A stretch of DNA of 64,000 nt from contig CP064998.1 in the NCBI GenBank assembly GCA_016700035.1, positions 199,021 to 263,020 of the forward strand, given 5' to 3'. The notes under the pieces are model-generated. The model saw nothing but the letters and a program-made list of their open reading frames with translations. It had not been told where the DNA came from and did not search any database. Below are positions 49,084 through 59,182 of this stretch, piece by piece. Made by a program: the position numbers and the translations under genes. Origin of the DNA: a bacterium (GTDB taxonomy: Bacteria > Patescibacteriota > Saccharimonadia > CAILAD01 > GCA-016700035). The stretch's first letter is position 1, and each line of letters starts with the position of its first letter.

Positions 49084-50334
49084 TTAGGGGCTTTTTACTA
49101 CGTAGAGGCCATTTACGGCATCTGAATCTTGCTTGTTCTCCAGGCTAGCCGTTAGAGTAAACTGTGATCCATCTGAGTTATAGCCGTACTTAATGATTAG
49201 ATTTGATTCTGGATTACTCAAGGGGTCATTTTTTACTTCACGTAAGTAAGGAGGGTTGGAGCTAGTCAGGATTTTTAATGTTTCAATATCGTTACCAGAT
49301 GGGTAGCTACCATTATTTTTCTTATAGGCTGCTAGCGCTATGGCCATTGTATTGAGAGTGTCCTTACGCTCGGCATCATGTTTAGCGGATTCTGTTAGGT
49401 TGCTGGGTGTCGGGCTAGTGCTTTGAGGGCTCACCGGCTGACTAGATACGCTCGGGCTTTGTGATGTTGGCTTGGGTTTTTGCACCAGACTTAATATGAG
49501 GAAAGTGCCTACACCAAGTAGTAGAATAATAGTAACGGTGATAATCAGGTAGTTCGAACGAGAGCTTGAGGTCTGCTTACTTGAAGAAGCGGCTGCCAGC
49601 AGGGCGTCAGCTCGATCCATGGCGGTTGTTGAGTCTTGATCTAACTCTTTTGAGGCTGGTTTGTCGTGATATTCTATCTTGGAGTTTGTTTGTTGAGGGT
49701 TGTGGAGCGGAGAGTGGTATTCGGGACTACTAGAGTTATTAGGTGACTCAACCTCACTCATATTGAGCATATAAGGACTCGGCTTGTGTGGCTCATCAAC
49801 CTCGACAAAATTATCTTGATTCTCTGCGGTGACTTGATCTTTTACAGTGGTTTGGTCGATTGGTGCTGGGGATGGGTAATATTGGTAGTCTTCGGAGGTG
49901 GGGGCAGTAGACTCGGTTGATACTGGTATATCAGGCTGCTCTAGGCTACTCTCGGGCTCAATAGCTGATTCAAGCTCTGGTGTTTCTAGGGCTTTCCTAT
50001 AGCGGTCGAGTCGTCGTTTGTATTGCGATGAAGCATGATGATTAATTATACGAGGCGGCTCACTATAGGATGTATCCTCTTCTGAGGTATTGGCAATATC
50101 TGAGTCTGTTAGGGTTGGTGTATTAGGTGGATCATCTGGAGAAATCAGGTTATCTAAGCCGCGCGGCGCCTCTAGATTACCGGGCGACAGCGACTCTTCA
50201 TATTTACCTTGGTCTTCATCGGCTGAAGGAGTGTGGTTATGGTGTCGACGCTGCAAATATCCGCAACTAATACAAAGGTTACCAACCTCGGAGTTGGCTA
50301 ATTGAGAGAAGCATTGTGGGCAGGTTGAATTCAT
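49084..50334 (-). CDS. Membrane protein with N-terminal zinc ribbon, disordered linker, single TM helix and C-terminal pilin/GspG-like domain
   Basis: CPQC...CISCGY zinc ribbon. TM helix LIITVTIILLLGVGTFLILSL. C-terminus RKDTLNTMAIALAAYKKNNGSYP...DPLSNPESNL..YGYNSDGSQFTLTASLE resembles the type IV pilin/pseudopilin core. Confidence 0.45.
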   Translation of the reverse strand: MNSTCPQCFSQLANSEVGNLCISCGYLQRRHHNHTPSADEDQGKYEESLSPGNLEAPRGLDNLISPDDPPNTPTLTDSDIANTSEEDTSYSEPPRIINHHASSQYKRRLDRYRKALETPELESAIEPESSLEQPDIPVSTESTAPTSEDYQYYPSPAPIDQTTVKDQVTAENQDNFVEVDEPHKPSPYMLNMSEVESPNNSSSPEYHSPLHNPQQTNSKIEYHDKPASKELDQDSTTAMDRADALLAAASSSKQTSSSRSNYLIITVTIILLLGVGTFLILSLVQKPKPTSQSPSVSSQPVSPQSTSPTPSNLTESAKHDAERKDTLNTMAIALAAYKKNNGSYPSGNDIETLKILTSSNPPYLREVKNDPLSNPESNLIIKYGYNSDGSQFTLTASLENKQDSDAVNGLYVVKSP

Positions 50335-50489
50335 AATTATTGAAGTTACTTCTTAATGTTTATATTGTACCAAAGAAAGTTATGCTTAAGCTATTGTAAA
50401 AAATACTGTTGCAAATTAAACTATAGAAGGATATTCAAATCAATCGAAAAAATAATCTTATAAAAGAAAGATATAACGTTAGAAAAACA

Positions 50490-50762
50490 ATGCTTCAATA
50501 CTTCATTACATCAAAAACTCGACGTAAAATTATTACTGTTTTCTCTAAATACCCGGATTATCGCGTACATGTTCGTGGGCTCGCAAAGCTGATACGTGAG
50601 GATCCGGGTAATGTTGCGCGTGAGCTTGAGCGCCTACATCGTATTAAGTATGTTTCAAGTGCTAAACAGGGAAATACAAAGCTTTACTGGGTTAATCAAG
50701 ACTTTTCGATTTATAAGGAATTACAGAGTATAGTTCTAAAAACAACCAGGAAGACCAAATAA
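50490..50762 (+). CDS. Small winged-helix-like DNA-binding protein (hypothetical)
   Basis: 90 aa. VHVRGLAKLIREDPGNVARELERL resembles a wHTH recognition helix. Weak. Confidence 0.3.
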   Translation: MLQYFITSKTRRKIITVFSKYPDYRVHVRGLAKLIREDPGNVARELERLHRIKYVSSAKQGNTKLYWVNQDFSIYKELQSIVLKTTRKTK

Positions 50763-50959
50763 TATGATGAAAAAAAGTCAGCTTACGATCAAAAAAATTA
50801 TTCGAGATTTACGTCGTTATGAGGCTCAGTCTGGCGCGAATCATAGTGCCGTAATGATTCGTTCAGTGCGTTCATACCGCTCGGAGCGCCCAATTGGCTT
50901 TCAGTCTCGTTCTGGCCACTCCTATTTCGTTAGGTAGCAATAAGTTATAATGGCTCCTG

Positions 50960-52648
50960 ATGGAGCAACAAGAGAAATTGCATTGGCATATACCCGATTC
51001 TACCCATGTGGAGGTTGCAGAATTGGCAACTACAATTGCGCAGTCACGTGGCGTACAGATACAGGACTATTTTAAACTCGACTATACAGCACTTGGCGAT
51101 CCTTTTGATTTACCTGATATGAAGCTTGCGATTGATCATTTGATGTTGGTTCATCAGCGTCAGGGTAGGGTGGTGGTGTATGGAGATTATGATATCGATG
51201 GACTAACCGCTACAGCTCTATTGAAGGATGCCCTAACTCAATTTGGTTTTGACGTAACGAGTTATATTCCAGATCGATTTGAAGAAGGATATGGTTTGCA
51301 TGCACAAGCACTAAAAAAGCTCCATGCTCAAGGTGCTGATACGATAGTTACTGTCGATTGTGGTATATCGGCGACGGATACAATTGCTGAAGCAGTTAAT
51401 GATGGTTTAAATATTATCGTAACCGATCATCATGCCGTACCGGAAGTTGAGCCAAGTGGCGCAGTGGCGCTTATTAATCCTCTGCGTAAACAAAATAAAT
51501 ACAAGGAATGTTCGCTAGCCGGAGTGGGGGTGGCTTTTGCGCTGGTGCGAGCCTTGCAGAGTCGTAATTTGGAAAAAATGCCTTTCGGGCAAGAGAAATG
51601 GCTACTCGACTTAGTAGCTTTGGGGACAATTTGTGATGTTGTACCTCTAACTGGAGAGAACCGGGTGCTTGCGAGCTATGGCTTGCAAGTTGCGCGTCGT
51701 AGTAGGCGAGCCGGTATTAGGGCTTTAGCTAAGGTTAGCAACACATCGCTAGATAGCTTGTCAGCCAGCGATTTTGGCTTTCGGTTTGGCCCTCGCTTGA
51801 ATGCTGCAGGACGCCTGGAGCATGCTCGGGTGGCGCTGGAGTTACTGGAGGCTACAGAGTATGATCAAGCCTATCTGGCGGCCGAGCATTTAGACGAGCT
51901 TAATCGTGAGCGGCGAAATACGACAGAACAGATACAGGCCGCAGCTTATAAGGAGTCCGAACAATATTCGACTGATCAAATTTTAGTATTGTCTAGTCTG
52001 GATTGGACACATGGTGTTGTTGGTTTGGTGGCTAGTCGAGTGGCTGAACGTTTTGGTAAACCAACAATTATCTTGCAGGAAGAAGGAGAGTTTTCCAAGG
52101 GGTCGGCGCGTAGTGTGGGGACTTTTTCAATTATCGATGCGATTCGCAAGCAGGCGCCTTTATTGGAACGGTATGGTGGACATCAGGCTGCTGCTGGCAT
52201 AACCTTGCGAACCGATAAAATTGATGAATTCCGCACGGCTCTTAATAATAATCTTGATGCCGACGATACTAGTAAGATGCAACGGGAAATTATTGCAGAT
52301 TTGTGGCTAGAATCTGGATTTATATCTCAAGAAGGCCTGGATCAACTCGAGACTTTAGAGCCAACCGGGCAGTCGAACCCCGCACCAATTTTCTATCTTA
52401 AGACTAGACTGACCCAAGTTAAACCTGTTGGTCAAACTGGTGATCATGCTCAGTTATTTTTTGATATTGAAGGCCAGAGTCAGCGGGCAATTGCCTTTCA
52501 AGCAGCTAGCAAGTGGCCATTTCTTAAGGTTGGTGTAGAGATAGAGCTTTTACTAGCCATTCGCGCCAATGAGTGGCAGGGCGTTAGACGGGCGCAATTA
52601 GAAGTTTTGGACGCAAGAGAGTTAGTGGAGTATGACGATGTCGGCTGA
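50960..52648 (+). CDS. recJ: Single-stranded-DNA-specific exonuclease RecJ
   Basis: DHH motifs (DYDIDGLTA, VDCGI, TDHH). DHHA1 region. Confidence 0.85.
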   Translation: MEQQEKLHWHIPDSTHVEVAELATTIAQSRGVQIQDYFKLDYTALGDPFDLPDMKLAIDHLMLVHQRQGRVVVYGDYDIDGLTATALLKDALTQFGFDVTSYIPDRFEEGYGLHAQALKKLHAQGADTIVTVDCGISATDTIAEAVNDGLNIIVTDHHAVPEVEPSGAVALINPLRKQNKYKECSLAGVGVAFALVRALQSRNLEKMPFGQEKWLLDLVALGTICDVVPLTGENRVLASYGLQVARRSRRAGIRALAKVSNTSLDSLSASDFGFRFGPRLNAAGRLEHARVALELLEATEYDQAYLAAEHLDELNRERRNTTEQIQAAAYKESEQYSTDQILVLSSLDWTHGVVGLVASRVAERFGKPTIILQEEGEFSKGSARSVGTFSIIDAIRKQAPLLERYGGHQAAAGITLRTDKIDEFRTALNNNLDADDTSKMQREIIADLWLESGFISQEGLDQLETLEPTGQSNPAPIFYLKTRLTQVKPVGQTGDHAQLFFDIEGQSQRAIAFQAASKWPFLKVGVEIELLLAIRANEWQGVRRAQLEVLDARELVEYDDVG

Positions 52649-54809
52649 GACAGGTAGTTTAGTGGCTATTCGAGATATGAAGCGTTTTACAAAAAAAGAG
52701 CGTACATCGATTGAGTCGGCATATCGTTTAGCAAAAAAAGCCCACTCTGGCCAAAAGCGCAAAACTGGAGAGGCTTATATTTCTCATCCGGTAGCGGTGG
52801 CACAAATCTTATTTTCTTGGCAGCTGGATGCGCCAACGGTTCAGTCAGGCTTACTGCATGATGTCGTTGAAGACACGGCGGTGACATTACAAGAAATTGA
52901 AGGAGAATTTGGCTTAGATGTTGCGCGCATTGTCGATGGCGTTACAAAGATCAGCCAAATGCGTGATCGCCGCGTAGAACTTGATAGTACTCGGTCATTA
53001 GAAAATATCCGTAAGCTTCTGGTGGCAATGGCAAAAGATGTTCGAGTTATTCTTGTAAAATTGGCTGATCGATTGCACAATATGAGAACTATCAAAGCGT
53101 TACCGCATAATAAGCAGATACGGATAGCTCGAGAAACGCTAGATATCTATGCCCCGATTGCCGATCGACTTGGGATGGGTGATGTGAAAGCCGAGCTGGA
53201 GGATTTGGCCTTTGCTGTTCTCGAGCCAGATAAATATCGAGTGCTCAAAAAGGAGGCTGCACTAAAAATTGCGCGAGGTCGTAAGGCGTTAGAGAGGGTG
53301 GTACCAAAAATTCAAGAACAATTAGATAGTCAGGATATAGAAGCCAAGATCGAGTTCAGAGTTAAGCACCTCTATAGCCTACACCGCAAGCTTGTGAAGT
53401 ATGATAATGACTTTACCCGCATTCGTGATCTGATTGCGATGCGCATCATTACTAAAGAAATAGAGGATTGCTATCGGATATTAGGTATTATTCATAGCCT
53501 TTATTCTCCGCTACCACATTACATTAAGGATTATATTGCCGTACCAAAGCCCAATGGGTATCAGTCGGTTCATACAACAGTGTTAGGTAATAGGGATATT
53601 TTTGAAGTGCAGATTCGTACAGCACTCATGCATGATTATGCCGAACATGGTTTAGCGGCACACTTTCACTATGATGGACAAAAAAATACTCAAGCCTATT
53701 TAAGCGGTGGGACACCAGCAATTTCCAAGAAATATAAATGGGTACAAAATTTACTCGATTGGCAAGAACAATTAACAGATAATAGTAAGCTACAGGAGGG
53801 ATTTAAGCTAGACTTATTTAATGAGCGTATTTTTGTATTCTCACCAAAAGGCGATTTATATGATTTACCTCGTGGTGCTACGCCGGTTGATTTTGCATTT
53901 CAAATCCATACTCAGTTGGGTCTATCATGTCGCGGGGCAAAAGTTAATGGGCGAATTGCATCGCTTGAACAGCCATTGGAGAATCGCGATATTGTAGAAA
54001 TATTTGCTTTTTCGAAAGAACCCAATCCCAGCCGAGACTGGTTAAGCTTTGTAGTTACAGCAAAAGCGCGGACTCAGATAAAAAATTGGTTTTTATTAGC
54101 TGATCGTTCCGCAGAAGAGCAGCAGGGCAGAGAGTTACTCGATGAATATTTGACCAGTCAGAAGCACGCAACTTGGGGTGAATACAAGCTAGGACTACGC
54201 AAAGAGGTGATTAGGCGTATGAAGTATGATGATGAGGCTCAGCTTTTTACTGCTCTTGGTGAAGGTACATTCCAGCCAAGTGAAGTTTTACGAGAGTTAT
54301 TATTTAAGTCATCGGTAATTCATCGGCGACCAAAATTTATGAATACTATAATACGTAGGGCACGCACAGCTCGACCCGTACCGTTAATCCCGGGTATTGA
54401 ACGACAGCATATCTCACGAGCTGGTTGTTGTGCCCCGCGGTACCCCGAAGAAGTTGTTGGGTTTGTGAGTCGACTTGGTGTTTTTCGTATACATCTAAAA
54501 ACTTGTTCGGAGATATCTAGACAGTTGGATCGCTGTGTGCCAGCTTATTGGTACTATGAATCATCGGATCATATACGTATATTTGGTTTGCCCGAGATGA
54601 CAGCTGGGATACTACGAGCTATTTCACAGCACTTGCATGCTTTTGATGCGCATGCCAGCTCTATAAAAGAGACAACACAGCAGCAATTGGTGCAATTTGA
54701 CGTCTCGCTGGCGTTAGTGCGGATGGATAAGTTGCCAGCTCTTTTGAGGGCACTTAAGCGGATACCTGGTGTAACAGCTGTTGAGCATTCTGTGAGTTCT
54801 AAGCGTTAA
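52632..54809 (+). CDS. rel: Bifunctional (p)ppGpp synthetase/hydrolase (RelA/SpoT family)
   Basis: HD domain (HSGQKRKTGEAYISHP). Synthetase domain. TGS and ACT-like C-terminal region. 725 aa. Confidence 0.85.
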   Translation: MTMSAETGSLVAIRDMKRFTKKERTSIESAYRLAKKAHSGQKRKTGEAYISHPVAVAQILFSWQLDAPTVQSGLLHDVVEDTAVTLQEIEGEFGLDVARIVDGVTKISQMRDRRVELDSTRSLENIRKLLVAMAKDVRVILVKLADRLHNMRTIKALPHNKQIRIARETLDIYAPIADRLGMGDVKAELEDLAFAVLEPDKYRVLKKEAALKIARGRKALERVVPKIQEQLDSQDIEAKIEFRVKHLYSLHRKLVKYDNDFTRIRDLIAMRIITKEIEDCYRILGIIHSLYSPLPHYIKDYIAVPKPNGYQSVHTTVLGNRDIFEVQIRTALMHDYAEHGLAAHFHYDGQKNTQAYLSGGTPAISKKYKWVQNLLDWQEQLTDNSKLQEGFKLDLFNERIFVFSPKGDLYDLPRGATPVDFAFQIHTQLGLSCRGAKVNGRIASLEQPLENRDIVEIFAFSKEPNPSRDWLSFVVTAKARTQIKNWFLLADRSAEEQQGRELLDEYLTSQKHATWGEYKLGLRKEVIRRMKYDDEAQLFTALGEGTFQPSEVLRELLFKSSVIHRRPKFMNTIIRRARTARPVPLIPGIERQHISRAGCCAPRYPEEVVGFVSRLGVFRIHLKTCSEISRQLDRCVPAYWYYESSDHIRIFGLPEMTAGILRAISQHLHAFDAHASSIKETTQQQLVQFDVSLALVRMDKLPALLRALKRIPGVTAVEHSVSSKR

Positions 54810-54851
54810 CACTTGTACTGCATCTTATAATCTGGTATTATACGGAAGTCT

Positions 54852-55064
54852 ATGTTACAAGTTGAACGCAAAGAAGAAGAATCATTAGAGAGTTTAATTC
54901 GTCGCTTTAATAAGAAAGTGACTCAGTCTGGATTGATGACAGTGGCTCGTCGGAAGAAATTCTATGAAAAGCCTCTTACTAAGCGGGCTGAGCGTGAGAT
55001 TGCAATTCGCAAGCGTATTCGCAAAGAGCAAAAGACTCGAGAAGCTTTTGCTTTTCGGGGCTAA
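54852..55064 (+). CDS. rpsU: 30S ribosomal protein S21
   Basis: LESLIRRFNKKVTQSGLMTVARRKKFYEKP. Confidence 0.85.
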   Translation: MLQVERKEEESLESLIRRFNKKVTQSGLMTVARRKKFYEKPLTKRAEREIAIRKRIRKEQKTREAFAFRG

Positions 55065-55070
55065 TCTACA

Positions 55071-55520
55071 ATGCGCCTGGACCAAACTCTCGAAACTGAC
55101 CTGCTAGAAGCAATGAAGGCTCGTGATGAAATACGTGTCCAGGTTTTGCGTTTAGTAAAAGCTGCCTTGAAGAACCAGGAGATTGAAGTTAAGGGTGATC
55201 TAACCCCGCAGCAAATGCTGGCAGTTCTCCAGAAAGAGGCAAAAAAGCGGCACGACTCAATTACTCAGTATGAAGCGGCTGGTCGCGATGATTTAGTACG
55301 GCAAGAACGGGCGGAGTTAGAAATTTTAGATGAATATTTACCAGACCAAGTGTCTACTGAAGAGATGCGGGAGGCTGTACGTCAGGCGATTACTGATGCG
55401 GATGATAACTCGGCTACAATGGGGCAGGTTATAGCTCAAGTACGAGAGAAGTTTTCTGGAGCGGTGGATGGTGCGGCTTTAGCAGCAATGGTTCGTGAAG
55501 AGCTACAAAAATCTTCATGA
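55071..55520 (+). CDS. yqeY: GatB/YqeY domain protein
   Basis: LEAMKARDEIRVQVLRLVKAALKNQEIE. Typical position after rpsU. Confidence 0.7.
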   Translation: MRLDQTLETDLLEAMKARDEIRVQVLRLVKAALKNQEIEVKGDLTPQQMLAVLQKEAKKRHDSITQYEAAGRDDLVRQERAELEILDEYLPDQVSTEEMREAVRQAITDADDNSATMGQVIAQVREKFSGAVDGAALAAMVREELQKSS

Positions 55521-55981
55521 GCTCACAATTATTTATACCTGAAAAATTACCGTTAGAAATTCAGCAAAAACAGCTTAAGGCATTGTTTGAAGCCTGGCTT
55601 AATCATGTCCAACTCGATTTACTAGGTGGTATATTAGTTCAATTTGTCAGTACAGAAGATATGCTTGAGTTGGTGCGAGTGCATCAGCAAAAAGATGAGT
55701 CAACAGATGTCTTATCATTTAACTATAACCCGCCCCTAGTAGGAGAATCTGGCGATAAGATTATTGGCGAGATAGTTATTTGTGAAGATGTAGCGCGAGA
55801 CAACGCCGACAAACATAAGGTTGAGTTTGGAGTGGAGTGCATGACATTATTTGTGCACGGTTTATTGCATATTGCCGGCAAGGATCACGCTGGTCGGAGG
55901 GAAAAAGAGCAATTTGAGGCCGATACTCGTGCTATTATGGAGGTAGGAGGGCTGAAGCCGGTATCATTATGGTCGGATTAG
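55517..55981 (+). CDS. ybeY: Endoribonuclease YbeY (rRNA maturation factor)
   Basis: HGLLHIAGKDH metal-binding motif. Confidence 0.85.
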   Translation: MSSQLFIPEKLPLEIQQKQLKALFEAWLNHVQLDLLGGILVQFVSTEDMLELVRVHQQKDESTDVLSFNYNPPLVGESGDKIIGEIVICEDVARDNADKHKVEFGVECMTLFVHGLLHIAGKDHAGRREKEQFEADTRAIMEVGGLKPVSLWSD

Positions 55982-56328
55982 TAAGTTTTCGTCATGCCAT
56001 ACGTGGTTTACGTATGGTGATTTCTAGAGAGAGAAATGCAAAAATACACTTAGCTGCAGCAATATTAGCTCTCATTACTGCTTTGCTCTTGCATATCACG
56101 TGGTTAGAGCTTGCATTAGTGATTGCAATGATTGCTTTGGTGTTTTTTGCAGAGGTGGTTAACACGGCTATTGAGAAATCATTAGATACGATGACGACCG
56201 AAAACCACCAGGTAGTAAAAGTAGTTAAAGATATGACCGCCGGCGGTGTCTTAGTAACTGCAATTGCGGCTATTTTTGTTGCAGCCTGCATCTATTTGCC
56301 AGCCTTAGTGAGGTTAATTAATAAATGA
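55969..56328 (+). CDS. dgkA: Diacylglycerol kinase / undecaprenol kinase family protein
   Basis: Three TM helices. FFAEVVNTAIE motif. Confidence 0.75.
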   Translation: MVGLVSFRHAIRGLRMVISRERNAKIHLAAAILALITALLLHITWLELALVIAMIALVFFAEVVNTAIEKSLDTMTTENHQVVKVVKDMTAGGVLVTAIAAIFVAACIYLPALVRLINK

Positions 56329-56867
56329 TAGTACTATTTGGTAAGCCAGGGGCTGGTAAGGGGACTCAGGCAAAATTATTGGTAGATGAAAAGCAGTTTG
56401 TGTTGGTTGGAGCTGGAGAATTACTGCGTCAGGTAGGTCAAGCCAATAAAGATCTGGCAGAAATGTTGAGGGCTGGCAAGTTGGTGGGTGGAGATGTGTT
56501 ATTTCCGCTTATTGCGACTTATTTAGAGAGGATTGGCCATCAACGTATAATTCTCGATGGTTTTCCGAGAAATAGAGATCAGGCTGACTGGCTGAAGCAA
56601 CAATTAGAAAAGAATCCACCTGAAAGAATAGACCTAATTATTCTTAATATTAGCGACGAAGAGGTGTATAACCGATTGTCACGACGTGGGCGAGCTGATG
56701 ACACGCCGACAGCTATCCAAGCTCGACTGAAAATATATCAAGAGGATGTATCACAGGCGATCGATTTATTGGGTGAGTCGGCTCAAGTGCACTATGTGGA
56801 TGGCGCAGGTTCGATTCAAGATGTGTATGCAAGGGTCTTGAGAGTATTAGGCGAGGAGAAGACATGA
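56325..56867 (+). CDS. adk: Adenylate kinase (short form lacking LID insertion)
   Basis: P-loop GKPGAGKGTQ. NMP-binding DGFPR. Confidence 0.8.
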   Translation: MIVLFGKPGAGKGTQAKLLVDEKQFVLVGAGELLRQVGQANKDLAEMLRAGKLVGGDVLFPLIATYLERIGHQRIILDGFPRNRDQADWLKQQLEKNPPERIDLIILNISDEEVYNRLSRRGRADDTPTAIQARLKIYQEDVSQAIDLLGESAQVHYVDGAGSIQDVYARVLRVLGEEKT

Positions 56868-57622
56868 GAACACAGGTAAAGACTGCACAAGAGATTTTAG
56901 ATATGCGTAAAAGTGGCCGGATATTGGCGGTCATTTTAGCTGACCTTATAGATCAAGCAAAGGTTGGCATGACGACTGGAGATATTGATGTGATGGCACG
57001 TAAATTACTTAAAAAGCATGATGCTGAAGCGGCCTTTTTGGGGTATCAGGGGTTTTCTGGGGCAATTTGTATTTCTATTAATGATGAAATAGCTCATGGT
57101 ATACCAGGTAGTCGAGTGATGGAAGCTGGTGATTTGGTGCACTTTGATTTTGGGGTTCGGTATAATGGTATGATTACCGACGCTGGTCGAAGTTTTGTTC
57201 TGGGGGCTAAGCCGACGGAAGATCAGGCTCGTCTATTAAAGGGTACGGAAAAGGCTTTAGATGAGGCAATCAAGTTAGTTCAAGATGGCGTGCATATTGG
57301 TGATCTGGGGGCTGTAGTGGAAGCTACGTGCGACCGGTATGATTTGAAGGTTGTATATGAGCTTTGTGGGCATGGTGTGGGGCATAATGTACATGAGGAG
57401 CCAACTATTCCTAATTATGGTATGAAGGGTGTTGGCGAAAGGTTAAAATCTGGCTGGACTGTAGCATTGGAGCCTAATGTATCACTAGCAGACCATGAAA
57501 TGTATCTTGCTGATAATGGTTGGACCTGGATGACTCAGACAGGATCAATTGCGGCACAATTTGAACATACGGTACTTGTTACAGATAATGGATACGAAAT
57601 TTTAACATCACTAGATAGCTAA
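56864..57622 (+). CDS. map: Methionine aminopeptidase type I
   Basis: Metal ligands in DFG...D...H...E...E arrangement. 252 aa. Confidence 0.85.
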   Translation: MRTQVKTAQEILDMRKSGRILAVILADLIDQAKVGMTTGDIDVMARKLLKKHDAEAAFLGYQGFSGAICISINDEIAHGIPGSRVMEAGDLVHFDFGVRYNGMITDAGRSFVLGAKPTEDQARLLKGTEKALDEAIKLVQDGVHIGDLGAVVEATCDRYDLKVVYELCGHGVGHNVHEEPTIPNYGMKGVGERLKSGWTVALEPNVSLADHEMYLADNGWTWMTQTGSIAAQFEHTVLVTDNGYEILTSLDS

Positions 57623-57733
57623 AAGAATAAAAAAAGTATTCATAATTTAATCGTATACATAATTTGCACTTTATGTTCATACTAGTATACAATTTTTGTA
57701 TGCAAGAATACTTCATTTATCTACAGGAGGGTA

Positions 57734-58975
57734 TTGATGGCCGGAAAGCATGAAGCGACATATGTTGGGCTTGATGTTGGTACCTCTAAGGTGGCCTGCG
57801 TGGTTGGTATTGCTCAGCATGATCGACCTGATATTGCAATTATGGGACTCGGATCATCAACTACTACGGGGGTAAAGCGAGGGGTTGTAGTTGACTTAAA
57901 TGATACAGTCAGTGCTATTACCACTGCACTTGAAGATGCTGAACGAATGAGCGGAACTGCAATAGAGCGAGTTAGTGTCTCGGTTGGCGGAAGTCATGTT
58001 CAAAGTCTGAACTCTCGTGGTGTAATTGCTGTGAGTCGAGCTGACCGACAGATAAGTCGAGAGGATATGGCGCGAGCTGAAGATGCAGCATCGGCAATCT
58101 CGCTGGATGCGAATAGGGAAATATTGCGAGTTATTCCACGATCTTATGTAGTGGATGGACAAGGGGGAATTAGCGACCCATACGGAATGACTGGTACGCG
58201 CCTAGAAATTGAGACACATGTCATAACTGTTGCTATATCTGCTATGAAAAACCTTGATGATTCGGTACATAGAGCCGGCGTTACCCCTAATGGATATATG
58301 ATTGATCCATTAGCTTCGGCTCGAGCATGCCTCACCAAGCGACAGAAAGAATTGGGTGTTGTTTTGATAGACATTGGCGCGGAAACAACTGGAATAGCAA
58401 TTTTTGAGGAAGGCAAGATTACCTATACTAGTATTATTCCTCTGGGTGGTAATCATATTACTAAAGACTTAAGTCACGCATTGCGCATTACGATGGATAA
58501 TGCAGAAAAAATTAAATGTCAGTTTGGAGTTGCTCAAAAGCCAAAATCAAAAGATACCACTAAGCATGATTTATCAGATGTCGGTATTCGTGGCACAATA
58601 TTGGCGAGAGAGCTGAATACAATTATTGAAGCTCGATTAGCGGAGTTTTGTGACATCATTAGTAGGGAGCTTAAAAAAGCCGATGGTGGACCAACTATGC
58701 TGGCAAGCGGAGTAGTCCTGACTGGTGGAGGATCAAAGCTTAGGGATTTATCTACATATATGGAGCAAAGCTTAAAGATGCCGGTAGCCCCCGGACACGC
58801 CCATTCTATTAGTGGAATCATTGATCGCGTTAAAGATCCGGCCTATACGGCAGCTATTGGTATGATGCTTGAAGATTTAGAAAAGCCACAAACTGGGCAC
58901 AATATTAATGATAGAATTGGCCAAGCGTTTAGTAAGGTTCAGTCTATAATTAAGGGTTTTATACCTAGATCCTAA
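57734..58975 (+). CDS. ftsA: Cell division protein FtsA
   Basis: Actin-like ATPase motifs (GLDVGTSKV, VIDIGAETT). Precedes ftsZ. Confidence 0.85.
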   Translation: MMAGKHEATYVGLDVGTSKVACVVGIAQHDRPDIAIMGLGSSTTTGVKRGVVVDLNDTVSAITTALEDAERMSGTAIERVSVSVGGSHVQSLNSRGVIAVSRADRQISREDMARAEDAASAISLDANREILRVIPRSYVVDGQGGISDPYGMTGTRLEIETHVITVAISAMKNLDDSVHRAGVTPNGYMIDPLASARACLTKRQKELGVVLIDIGAETTGIAIFEEGKITYTSIIPLGGNHITKDLSHALRITMDNAEKIKCQFGVAQKPKSKDTTKHDLSDVGIRGTILARELNTIIEARLAEFCDIISRELKKADGGPTMLASGVVLTGGGSKLRDLSTYMEQSLKMPVAPGHAHSISGIIDRVKDPAYTAAIGMMLEDLEKPQTGHNINDRIGQAFSKVQSIIKGFIPRS

Positions 58976-59182
58976 ACTGTAACTATAAAACTAAACACTG
59001 TATAGAACAAATATTGTATCCAGAATATAACAGCAGAATTTTATGAATACAATATTTGACTTTATATGAATAATGCATTTATACTGTGGGCAAGTGTGGA
59101 GTGTATTCCACAAGTAATATATGGGTGTGGCAAGGATTGGCGATGTGGGTCGTTCAATCAAGCAAATAAGGAAGGGTACTAA

